DNA from: Planctomycetota bacterium | Lineage (GTDB): Bacteria; Planctomycetota; UBA11346 | Reading direction: 5' to 3' | NCBI GenBank assembly: GCA_038213805.1 | Contig: JBBQSO010000010.1 | Span: forward strand, 1 to 64,000 | DNA: 64,000 bases | Shown here: positions 9,739 through 19,664 of the stretch, piece by piece | Position numbering within the stretch: the first letter of the stretch is position 1 | Layout of the letters: every line of letters begins with the position of its first letter | Made by a program: the position numbers and the translations under genes | Notes under the pieces: model-generated | Told to the model about the DNA's origin: nothing | The model's input: only the letters and a program-made list of their open reading frames with translations | The model's database searches: none

Positions 9739-10751
9739 GCGCGGCGCCGACGCGGCGCGGGACGCTCATCGAAGGCGGCGAAGAAACCGCCCTCGACCCA
9801 CTCGCGGAACCACACCATGACCTTGCCGGCGACCTCGGCGAGCTGCTCTGGCGCGGTGGTCGCTTCGAGCGTGGCGAGCGCCTCGCCCAGCGGCCGGCCG
9901 GCGAATAGCGACTCGAGGATGGCGGCCATCGGCATCGTCAGGTCCATGCGCCACAGCGCGAAGCCGCGCCGGTAGACCGCGGTCGCGGACGGCGCCGCGG
10001 CCGGGACGGCCGGTGCGCGCTCCTCGCGCCAGTCCTGCAGGAAGCGGTTGACCGGGTAGGCGAAGCGCAGCACCTGCACGGTCGCGCTCGGACGCAGGCG
10101 GACCGCACCCCAGCGCTCCATCGGGATGGCCTTGAGCGCCTCTGGCCGCAGCACCGGCGCGGCGGCGGCGTGCAGCACCTCGACCATCGCCCATTCCAGC
10201 CGCGCCAGGTCGGTGGCGAAGGCGCGCAGTGGCCAGCGCGCCGGCCGCTCGCCGCACCAGGTGATGAGGTTGCGACCATAGAAGTTGAGATTGGGCCCAC
10301 GCGACGGCCGGTGCTGGATGACCTCGCGCGCCAGCGCCTCGAAGGGCGCGTGGCCGAGCGCGTACTGCAGCGCGGGATAGTCGTCGATCAGGCAGTCGAC
10401 CAGGCGCGCGTGGTAGGCGTAGTGGTAGATCGCGAGGCGGCCGGCCGCATCGAGTTGCGGCCCATCGGTGACCAGACGGGTCAGCGCGCGTGCGTCCAGG
10501 CCAAGCGTGGGATTCGCCGCCGCCACCCCGGCCGCGACGCTGCGCGGATGGGTGACCACATTCGCGAACCAGTCCTGCGCGGCGCGCAGCGGCACCGCGA
10601 GTGGCGCCTGCGCCACGGCACGGCGAGCATGCCGTGCCCGGCCGGCGGGCGCCTGACCCGGGCTGGCGCTGGCGCGCTCGACGATGGGCGTCTCGGCGAG
10701 GCCGCCGGCCTCGGGCGCGGGCAGCGGGGCGGCGACGGGACGGCGCGTCAT
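9693..10751 (-). CDS. DUF2063-type MNIO partner protein (BufC/HvfC-like)
   Basis: RLAIYHYAYHARLVDCLIDDYPAL..LG..F, PSRGPNLNFYG and DLARLEWA motifs. ATGA-coupled directly downstream of DUF692. Confidence 0.85.
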   Translation of the reverse strand: MTRRPVAAPLPAPEAGGLAETPIVERASASPGQAPAGRARHARRAVAQAPLAVPLRAAQDWFANVVTHPRSVAAGVAAANPTLGLDARALTRLVTDGPQLDAAGRLAIYHYAYHARLVDCLIDDYPALQYALGHAPFEALAREVIQHRPSRGPNLNFYGRNLITWCGERPARWPLRAFATDLARLEWAMVEVLHAAAAPVLRPEALKAIPMERWGAVRLRPSATVQVLRFAYPVNRFLQDWREERAPAVPAAAPSATAVYRRGFALWRMDLTMPMAAILESLFAGRPLGEALATLEATTAPEQLAEVAGKVMVWFREWVEGGFFAAFDERPAPRRRRAQATSPPRRAAARPR

Positions 10752-11710
10752 ACCGCCGCCCGCTGGCGCGCGGCGCGCTGCGCCGCCGGGGGACGCGTGG
10801 GCGCGACAGGCCGCTCCGCCCCCACGATCACGGTCGGGGCGCGGGGCGCACGCGGCGTGGGCAGGGCGCGCCGCGCGACGAACTCCCGCGCGCGCTGGGC
10901 GTCGCGCAGCACCACGTCGAAGGCGGGGATCTCGGCGTCCCATTCCAGCGCGACGCTGGCGCCACCGCAGCGGCGGTAGACCTCGCCGAACAGCTCCCAG
11001 ACCGGGTCGGGAACCGGCCCGATGTGGGTGTCGACGAGATGGGTGCCGTTGTCGGTGTGGCCGGCCACGTGCATCTGCACGATGCGGTCGAAGGGCAACG
11101 CCTCCAGGTAGTCAGCCTTGGCGAAGCCGTGGTTGCGCGCGCTGACGTGGATGTTGTTGACGTCGAGCATCAGCCCGCAGTCCGTCAGCCGGCAGAGTTC
11201 GGCGAGGAACTCCGGCTCGGTGAAATGGTTGCCGGCGAACTCGACGTAGGTGGAAGGGTTCTCGAGGAAGAGCGGCGCGGCGAGCGCGTCCTGGACCTGG
11301 CGGACGCGCCGCGCGACGTGGCGCAGGCTCTCGCGCGTATACGGCATGGGCAGCAGGTCGTGGGTATTGCGGCCGCTGACGCCGGTCCAGCACAGGTGGT
11401 CGGAGACCCACAGCGCGCCACAGCGGTCGCGCAGCGCGCGCAGCTCCTTCAAATAGGTCCGATCGAGCGGATCGGTCGTGCCGATCGACAGCGACACGCC
11501 GTGCATCACCACCGGATAGCGCTCGGCGATGCGGTCGAGCACCTGCAGCGGGCGCCCGGCGGTCTGCATGTAGTTTTCGGAGATGATCTCAAAGAAGCCC
11601 ACCGTCGGCCAATGGCTGAGAATGTGGCTGTAGTGCGTGGTGCGCAGCCCCAGGCCGACGCCGAGATTGGGCAGGCCGAAGCGGTTCGCGGGGTGGGCGG
11701 CTCGGGGCAT
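10748..11710 (-). CDS. DUF692 multinuclear non-heme iron oxidative enzyme (MNIO; MbnB/TglH/BufB family)
   Basis: GLGLR, EIISENYM, HGVSLSIG, WVSDHLCW, DLLPMPY, LENPSTY, LDVNNIHV, HVAGH, DTH and LEWD motifs are all present. Confidence 0.95.
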   Translation of the reverse strand: MPRAAHPANRFGLPNLGVGLGLRTTHYSHILSHWPTVGFFEIISENYMQTAGRPLQVLDRIAERYPVVMHGVSLSIGTTDPLDRTYLKELRALRDRCGALWVSDHLCWTGVSGRNTHDLLPMPYTRESLRHVARRVRQVQDALAAPLFLENPSTYVEFAGNHFTEPEFLAELCRLTDCGLMLDVNNIHVSARNHGFAKADYLEALPFDRIVQMHVAGHTDNGTHLVDTHIGPVPDPVWELFGEVYRRCGGASVALEWDAEIPAFDVVLRDAQRAREFVARRALPTPRAPRAPTVIVGAERPVAPTRPPAAQRAARQRAAV

Positions 11711-11769
11711 GGGACCTCGCAGCGGTGTACGTTCGGGAAGCGGTAGCGGTTTGGTGGATTGTGTCTTGG

Positions 11770-11949
11770 GCTGATGGCTGATGGCTGATGGCTGATGGCT
11801 GATGGCTGATGGCTGATGGCTGACAGCGGACGGCCAGCGTCCGCGTCGTCAACCACCTTCGCAGGGCGGCGAGTTGCGGGCAACGCTTCTCGGGTCCTTG
11901 GTCGCGCGTCTCGATCCGAGCTGTCAGCCATCAGCCAACAGCCATCAGC
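11770..11949. repeat. Inverted pair of heptamer tandem-repeat arms: (GCTGATG)7-GCTGACAGC ... GCTGTCAGC-CATCAGC-CAACAGC-CATCAGC
   Basis: Left arm 11770-11827 and right arm 11920-11949 are reverse complements over ~30 bp (one mismatch), around a ~92 nt spacer. Confidence 0.9.
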
Positions 11950-11952
11950 GGC

Positions 11953-11986
11953 AAGCAAAACGGCGACCCCCTTTCGGGAGCCGCCG
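11953..11986 (-). terminator. Intrinsic terminator/attenuator after the RiPP precursor gene
   Basis: Minus strand reads CGGCGGCTCCC-GAAA-GGGGGTCGCCG-TTTTGCTT: an 11-bp stem with G-U pairs, a GNRA loop and a short U tract. Confidence 0.7.
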
Positions 11987-12031
11987 CCCATGAAACCGGG
12001 CGCCGCAGGCGCGCCCCTCATCGCATCAGGT

Positions 12032-12352
12032 TCAGTGCTTGGGGGTGCCGCAGCCGCCATGGCCCTTGCACTCGTTCTTGCCGCCCTTGCCCTTGCCCTT
12101 GCAGTCGTTCTTGCCCTTGCAGTCGTGCTTGTCGGTGGCGCAGCCGCCCTTGCCCTTGCACTCGTTCTTGCCGGTCTCGCCGGCGCAGCCGCCCTTGCCC
12201 TTGCAGGAGTTCAGGCCCTTGCAGTCGTGCTTCTCGCTGGCGCCGGCGGTCTCGCCCGCTTCGGCCGAGAAGGCGTTCTGGAAGTAGGTCTGGCCGGCGC
12301 CGGCGAGGATGCCGGTGACGGCGGCGGCGAGGATGGCGTTGGAGATCTTCAT
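12032..12352 (-). CDS. Secreted Cys-rich MNIO RiPP precursor (BufA2-like metallophore precursor), 106 aa
   Basis: Signal-peptide-like MKISNAILAAAVTGILAGA, then a core with 6 CKG and 3 GGC motifs (9 Cys). SD-like GAAGGA upstream. Lies immediately upstream of DUF692. Confidence 0.9.
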   Translation of the reverse strand: MKISNAILAAAVTGILAGAGQTYFQNAFSAEAGETAGASEKHDCKGLNSCKGKGGCAGETGKNECKGKGGCATDKHDCKGKNDCKGKGKGGKNECKGHGGCGTPKH

Positions 12353-12625
12353 GGAATGATCCTTCTCGGAGGGACGCTCCGGAACAGGGGTGGACTGGTG
12401 AATGTATGGCTCTACGGGCCGTGTTCCACCGTGTTTGCGGTATTCCGTCCAGCGGCCGTGTGAGGCCAAGGCCGGAACCAGGGATGGAACGTACTGACTG
12501 AGGGGCATCTGCGACGGAGTCGTAAAGGCCCGGAATGAGTAGCGGTTGCATGCGAATTGCCTTGAGATCGGCGATTTTGACCTACTCTACCGCGCTTCAC
12601 CTCAACCGGACCCCTTGGACCACGC

Positions 12626-14014
<1,389 letters not shown>

Positions 14015-14086
14015 GCGGCGCGGCCCGGCGCCTGGCGACCTTGTAATCGCCGCCCCCAGCCTATAGCGAAGGGCAGGAGATCTCGC

Positions 14087-15061
14087 ATGCCACGCGTACT
14101 GGTCACCGGCGGCGCCGGCTTCATCGGCTCGCACCTCTGTGCGCGTCTGCACCGCGAGGGGCACGACGTGCTCTGCCTGGACAACTATTACACCGGAACC
14201 AAGGCCAATCTCGCCGGGCTGCTCGGCAGTCCGCGCTTCGAGGCGATGCGCCACGACATCACCTTCCCGCTGCACCTTGAGGTCGACTGGATCTTCAACC
14301 TCGCCTGCCCGGCCTCGCCTATCCACTACCAGTTCGACCCGGTGCAGACCACCAAGACCAGCGTGCACGGCGCGATAAACGTGCTTGGCATGGCGAAGCG
14401 CTGCAAGGCGCGCGTCTTCCAGGCCTCGACCTCCGAGGTCTACGGCGACCCCGCCATCCACCCGCAGGTCGAGAGTTACTGGGGCAACGTCAATCCGATC
14501 GGTCCGCGCAGCTGTTACGACGAGGGCAAGCGTTGCGCCGAAACGCTGTTCTTCGACTACCACCGCCAGCACGGCGTCGACATCAAGGTGGTGCGCATCT
14601 TCAACACCTACGGCCCGAACATGCACCCCTGTGACGGGCGCGTGGTCAGCAACTTCATCGTCCAGGCGCTGCGCGGGCAGGACCTCAGCATTTACGGCGA
14701 CGGCAGCCAGACGCGCTCGTTCTGCTATGTCGACGACCTGGTCGATGGCTTCATGCGCATGATGCAGAGCCCGGCCGGCTTCACCGGCCCGGTCAACCTC
14801 GGTAACCCCGGCGAGTTCACCATGCTGCAGCTCGCCGAGCTGGTGCTCAAGCTCACTGGATCTTCCGCAAAACTGGTGCGCAAGCCGCTGCCCCAGGACG
14901 ATCCCCGGCAGCGCCGCCCCGACATCACCCTGGCCACCACCAAGCTGGGCTGGCAGCCCACCATCCAGCTCGAGGACGGCTTGCAGCGCACCATCGCCTA
15001 CTTCGCCAAGGTCATCCAGGACCCGATTCTGATGAACGCGCGCTACGCCGCCACCGGCTGA
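14087..15061 (+). CDS. uxs: UDP-glucuronate decarboxylase (UDP-xylose synthase)
   Basis: [55 protein letters not shown] and [10 protein letters not shown]. Confidence 0.93.
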   Translation: MPRVLVTGGAGFIGSHLCARLHREGHDVLCLDNYYTGTKANLAGLLGSPRFEAMRHDITFPLHLEVDWIFNLACPASPIHYQFDPVQTTKTSVHGAINVLGMAKRCKARVFQASTSEVYGDPAIHPQVESYWGNVNPIGPRSCYDEGKRCAETLFFDYHRQHGVDIKVVRIFNTYGPNMHPCDGRVVSNFIVQALRGQDLSIYGDGSQTRSFCYVDDLVDGFMRMMQSPAGFTGPVNLGNPGEFTMLQLAELVLKLTGSSAKLVRKPLPQDDPRQRRPDITLATTKLGWQPTIQLEDGLQRTIAYFAKVIQDPILMNARYAATG

Positions 15062-15113
15062 ACGTCCGCCCGGCGACCCTGGATACCGCAGCGGACTGAA
15101 CACCCGTCGCCCA

Positions 15114-16898
15114 TCATGGCTGACGGTTGATGAAGCCCTTGAACGGGGTCAGAATGATGATCTTCAGATCCAGCCACAGCGACCAGTTGCGAATGTAGTA
15201 CAGATCGAAGTGCAGGCGCCGCCGCATGTCGTTGATGGTGCGGGTCTCGCCGCGCGCGCCATTGATCTGGGCCATGCCGGTGATGCCCGGCTTGACGTAG
15301 TGGCGGCGCATCAGCTCGGCGATGGTCTTGGCGAACTGCTCGTTGTGGCGCACCGCGTGCGGGCGCGGTCCGACGATCGACATGTCACCGCGGATGACGT
15401 TGAGGAATTGGGGCAGCTCGTCGAGGCTGGTCTTGCGCAGGAAGCGTCCGAGCGGGGTGATGCGCGGGTCGTTCTCGGTGGCCTGCTTGAAGTCGTCCGG
15501 GGTCAGTTCGCCGTACTGGCGCTCCGCCACAGCCGGCGCCGACCCCGACGCCGGCACGGTGATCGCGGTCGGCTCTTCCTCGGGCTGCGGGGCGGTGGTG
15601 TCGCCCAGGCGATTGGGCAGGCGGCGGATCTCGCGGGTGCCCTCGCGCCCAGCACGCAAGCCGTCGCTGACAGCCTCGACGCGCATCGAGCGGTGGCGGC
15701 GGGTGGTGTCGCGCGCGACCGCAGCGCCGGCCGGGGGGGCGATCTGCGACGGGGCGGGGGCGGGGGCCGGAGTAGCGCGCCGGGTGGCATCTGGCGTGTC
15801 GGCATCCCTGGCGCCCGGCGGCAGGTCGACGGTGGAGTGGTGGTCGGGTTCGGCGGCAGTGCGCGGCTCGAGCGCGCCGCCGGAGACCGTTGGGCGCGCG
15901 GTGTTGTGGAACATAGTGCGGAACTTCATCACCCGGATGCGCGCCCCGCCAAGGCCGTGGCGGTCCTGGATGAACAGCACCGGACCGGGGCTGGTGAATT
16001 TGACCGCGAGCGCGACGCCGACCAGCAGCGGTGCGATCAGCAACAGGATCAGACCGCCGATGACCTTGTCTTCGAGCCACTTGATGAACAGCGCGCGCTC
16101 GGTGAGCGGGCTCGACGAGAGGTTGATCACGGGCTGGCCGGCGTAGTCGCCGACGCGCAATGAGAACACCGGGAACTGCGACATGTCCGGAACGTACTGC
16201 ACGGTGACCGGATAGTTCAGCAGGCGGTTCATGATGTTGACCACCAGCTTCTGGTCGTCGAAGTTACCGCACACCATCACGCGGTGGACGTCGAGCTCGG
16301 CGACCATGGCCTCGAGCCGCTCGTAGTCGCCGACCACCAGCTCCTTGCCCTCGCCGACCGAAAGCAACCCATCGGAGCACATGCCCACCACCTTGATGCC
16401 GAGCACCGGATTGGCGTCGGCGTGGCGCGAGAACGCCTGGCACATCGACAGCGAGCCCGCGAGCAGGGTGCGTTCCAGGCCGCGCCCGTGGCGATGGCGG
16501 CGCTCCATGTCGTAGAACAGCAGCCAGCGCACCAGGGCCATACCGAGCGACACCGAGACCAGCCACGGGCCGATCACAGCGCGCGGGTAGAAAGTGCTGA
16601 TCTTGAGCACGTAGGCGGCGGCGAAAAACAGACCCACCGCCACCCAGAAAGTCAGCCAGGCGTGGCGGATCCACATCCCCGGGGTGGTCTGGTTGGTTCC
16701 GACGTAGGCGCCGCCGAGGTGAAACATCAGCGCGACCGGCGCGAGCAGACCGAGCAGCAACACGTTCATGCTCTCGCGGTTCGGCGGCGGGGTCGGCGCG
16801 CACAGGTAGAACAGATAGAGCAGACCCCCCATCATGGCCAGATCGGCCATGGCGAGCAGAACCTGGCGGACGAGGGTGCGCGGGGTGTCGGCGAGCAT
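15114..16898 (-). CDS. Undecaprenyl-phosphate sugar phosphotransferase (WcaJ-like priming transferase) with long insertion
   Basis: 4 N-terminal TMs, a CoA-binding-like domain, SPGPVLFIQDRHG, KFRTM, DPRITPLGRFLRKTSLDELPQFLNV, VGPRP, VKPGITG and DLYYIRNWS. Confidence 0.9.
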   Translation of the reverse strand: MLADTPRTLVRQVLLAMADLAMMGGLLYLFYLCAPTPPPNRESMNVLLLGLLAPVALMFHLGGAYVGTNQTTPGMWIRHAWLTFWVAVGLFFAAAYVLKISTFYPRAVIGPWLVSVSLGMALVRWLLFYDMERRHRHGRGLERTLLAGSLSMCQAFSRHADANPVLGIKVVGMCSDGLLSVGEGKELVVGDYERLEAMVAELDVHRVMVCGNFDDQKLVVNIMNRLLNYPVTVQYVPDMSQFPVFSLRVGDYAGQPVINLSSSPLTERALFIKWLEDKVIGGLILLLIAPLLVGVALAVKFTSPGPVLFIQDRHGLGGARIRVMKFRTMFHNTARPTVSGGALEPRTAAEPDHHSTVDLPPGARDADTPDATRRATPAPAPAPSQIAPPAGAAVARDTTRRHRSMRVEAVSDGLRAGREGTREIRRLPNRLGDTTAPQPEEEPTAITVPASGSAPAVAERQYGELTPDDFKQATENDPRITPLGRFLRKTSLDELPQFLNVIRGDMSIVGPRPHAVRHNEQFAKTIAELMRRHYVKPGITGMAQINGARGETRTINDMRRRLHFDLYYIRNWSLWLDLKIIILTPFKGFINRQP

Positions 16899-16906
16899 GC
16901 GGTCGG

Positions 16907-18178
16907 TCAGGGGGTGCGGCGGGGCCGGCTGCGGCGGTTGACGAGGGTCAGGATACGGGCTGCGAAACGCCCTACCACTGCATCGATGCCAAGGTTGTGC
17001 TGCACATAGCGGCGGCCGGCCGCGCCGCGCGTCGCCCAGCCGGGTCGGTCGCCAGCGACCGCATCAAGGGCCGCAGCCAGGGCCGTGGCATCTTCGGGGG
17101 TGGCGACCACGCCACAGCCGGCGCGCTCGACCTCAGCCGCCAGATCGGTGCCGGGATCGGCTGTGACCACGACCGGGCGCGCCACCGCCATGATGTTAAG
17201 CAGCTTCGAGGGCATCACCAACCCGGCTGCGGCGCGGCGCTGGGGGATGCAGTGCAGATCGGCGGCGGAGAGGAACTCGGCCAGGCGCGCGGCCGGGGCC
17301 AGCGGCAGGAAGAGCAGCGTGGTCAGGCCCAGGGCCTGGGCCTTGGCGGCGAGTTCGGCGCGCTCGACGCCTTCCCCCGCCACCACCAGGCGCACCGGCA
17401 CGTGCATGCGCGTCACCGCCTCAAGGAGTAGCTCTACACCCTGCTTCTTGCCCAGGTTGCCGCTGTACATCACCACTACCTCGTCGTCGCGTACTCCCCA
17501 TTCGCGGCGGTAGGGGTTGGGTCCCGCCCAGGGCGCGATCGCGGCGGTGTCCGCCCAATTGGGGAACAGCGCCACCGGCTGGTGCGTCGTCGCCTTGGCC
17601 TGCAGGCGCGCGCGCATCGCACGGCTGACCGTGGTCACCAGGTCCATGCGTTCGAGGATGAAGCGCTCGATGCCGAGCAGCAGGCCGGAGAGCCGCTGCG
17701 GGATCATTTTGAGCTCAAGCGCGGCGTCGACCTGCAGGTCCTGGACATGGTACACCACCGGCACGCGGAAGCGCAGACCGAGCAGCCAGCCGAGCAGGCC
17801 GCCGAGGAAGGGCGGCGCCACTACCACGATCGCATGCGGCCGACGCCGCGCCCCTAAGCTGCGCCGCGCGGTGGCGAACAGCCAGCTGGCGTCGAGGCGC
17901 ATGCGCGCCCTGCCGCTAACGGGCGCGGTCGGCACGTAGTGGCGCACGCGCTCGACCACCACCCCATCGATCACCTCATCGCCGCGGCCGCTGCGATAGT
18001 CGCGCTCGCGATAGTCGTCGGGCACGCGCCACCAGGGATAGTGCGGCAGCCCGGTATGCATGGTCACGCGCCAGCCGCAGTGGCGGTGCAGCCAGGTCGC
18101 CATGCCGGTATTATAGAACGGGATGCCGGTCGGCTCGGGCGCGTAGTTGTACGAATAGATGCTCAGGTGCAGGCTCAA
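16907..18178 (-). CDS. GT4 glycosyltransferase, WcaI-like
   Basis: NYAPEPTGI, PHYPWW, HVQDLQVDAA, YSGNLGKKQG and MPSKL. TTG start. Confidence 0.88.
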   Translation of the reverse strand: MSLHLSIYSYNYAPEPTGIPFYNTGMATWLHRHCGWRVTMHTGLPHYPWWRVPDDYRERDYRSGRGDEVIDGVVVERVRHYVPTAPVSGRARMRLDASWLFATARRSLGARRRPHAIVVVAPPFLGGLLGWLLGLRFRVPVVYHVQDLQVDAALELKMIPQRLSGLLLGIERFILERMDLVTTVSRAMRARLQAKATTHQPVALFPNWADTAAIAPWAGPNPYRREWGVRDDEVVVMYSGNLGKKQGVELLLEAVTRMHVPVRLVVAGEGVERAELAAKAQALGLTTLLFLPLAPAARLAEFLSAADLHCIPQRRAAAGLVMPSKLLNIMAVARPVVVTADPGTDLAAEVERAGCGVVATPEDATALAAALDAVAGDRPGWATRGAAGRRYVQHNLGIDAVVGRFAARILTLVNRRSRPRRTP

Positions 18179-19095
18179 ACCGGGGGCTCCTTGGGGACGG
18201 CGCTCCGGCGTCGCTCCTCAAGCTCATGCTCGAACAGCTTCGCGTCGACGGTGAAGCGGAACCACAGCGTCTGCTGGAAGTGGTAGATCAGGCCGATGCG
18301 GCCATCGAGGAAACCGAGGCGGATAAAGTACCCATAGAAGAAGATCCCGATCGCGCGCAGCAGGCCCGGGAGGCGGTAGTAGAGCCGGTTCTTCATCCAG
18401 CGCTTGCGCATGCGCGGATCGCCAGTCAGTGAACCCTGCAATGTGCCGTCCACCGCCCCCGCGGCTGCCAGGCGCTCGGCCCAGATCTGCTCGGCCTCGG
18501 CGGTCGACCAGCGGTTGTGCGTGGCGATCCACCGCTCGATCGAGATCAGCTGGAGGTCGGTGAGGATGCCGCTCAGGCGCGCGGCCGGTTGGTCGAGGAT
18601 GAAGTGCTGATCGTAACGGCGGTCCTCGCAGCGGCCGTGCGCGGCGCGGTACAGGCGCAGGTGCCAGCCCGGGTTGGTCAGGCCCCAGCGGATCGGCTGG
18701 CCGAGGAAGTTGCTGACGCGGCGCATCAGGTAGCCGTCCGCGCGCGGCGCCGCGAGGGCGGCGCGGATGCTGGTGGCGAGTTCGGGCGAGACCACCTCGT
18801 CGGCGTCGAGATGCAGCACCCAGGCGTCCCCCGCCAGCCCGGCGTGCGCCTGCGCCCAATTGCGCTGCGCGGCGTAGTGCTCGAAGGGATGCTGCACGAC
18901 CTCGCAGCCGAGCGCGGTGACCACCGCGACCGTGGCGTCGGTGCTGAACGAGTCGACCACCAGGATGCGCGTCGCCAGGCCGCGAAGGGCCGCGACCACC
19001 AGCCCCACCGAATGCGCAGAGTTGAAAGTCAGGATGACCGCAGTCAGCGGCAGCGCGGTCGCGACGGGGGCAGCAAGCGGGCTTGGGGCGCTCAT
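18175..19095 (-). CDS. GT2 glycosyltransferase
   Basis: ILTFNS, VVDSFSTD, QRNWA, LDADE and GFLDG motifs. Confidence 0.88.
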   Translation of the reverse strand: MSAPSPLAAPVATALPLTAVILTFNSAHSVGLVVAALRGLATRILVVDSFSTDATVAVVTALGCEVVQHPFEHYAAQRNWAQAHAGLAGDAWVLHLDADEVVSPELATSIRAALAAPRADGYLMRRVSNFLGQPIRWGLTNPGWHLRLYRAAHGRCEDRRYDQHFILDQPAARLSGILTDLQLISIERWIATHNRWSTAEAEQIWAERLAAAGAVDGTLQGSLTGDPRMRKRWMKNRLYYRLPGLLRAIGIFFYGYFIRLGFLDGRIGLIYHFQQTLWFRFTVDAKLFEHELEERRRSAVPKEPPV

Positions 19096-19664
19096 GGCGT
19101 CTCCGCTGCGCGCAGCACGCGCGGCTTGAGCGGCTTGGCCGGCATGCCGGCGTGCACCATCCACGCCGCGGCGTCGCGAGTCGCAACCGCGCGCGCGGCG
19201 AGCACCGCGCCATCACCGATGGTGACGCCCGGGCCGACGAAGGCCTCGGCGCAGATCCACGCCTCAGCGCCGATGGTGATCGGTCGGGCGATGAGCTGGA
19301 AGCCGGGATCCTCGTAGTCGTGGCTGCCGGTGCAGAGGTGCGCACCCTGGCTGACCACGGCGCGGCGGCCGACGGTCACCGCCGCGATGTTGTAGCAGAT
19401 GACGTCGTCGGCGAAGGCCGCCTCGTCATCCATCACCAGGTTCCACGGCGCCCAGATGCGCGCGCGCGGATAGACGTGGCAGTTGCGACCGAGGCGCGCT
19501 CCGCAGCGGCGCAACCAGAAGGCGCGCCAGCGGTGGCAGGGACGCGGCGACGGTCGCACCAGCAGGGCCGCGATCACGCCCCACAGCACGCGGCCGAGGC
19601 GGTTGCGCAGACTGAAGCTGGCCTGGGCGCGCGGATCGATGCCGATGCGGATGTCCTCGCTCAT
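19092..19664 (-). CDS. WcaF-like hexapeptide-repeat acetyltransferase
   Basis: IWAPWNL, VSQGAHLCTGSHDY, PITIG..WI and GPGVTIGDG left-handed beta-helix repeats. Confidence 0.9.
   Translation of the reverse strand: MSEDIRIGIDPRAQASFSLRNRLGRVLWGVIAALLVRPSPRPCHRWRAFWLRRCGARLGRNCHVYPRARIWAPWNLVMDDEAAFADDVICYNIAAVTVGRRAVVSQGAHLCTGSHDYEDPGFQLIARPITIGAEAWICAEAFVGPGVTIGDGAVLAARAVATRDAAAWMVHAGMPAKPLKPRVLRAAETP

Noticed and set aside
15492..15911. Insertion in the priming transferase as an intein or mobile element
   Set aside because: No intein splice-junction residues, endonuclease motifs or terminal repeats.
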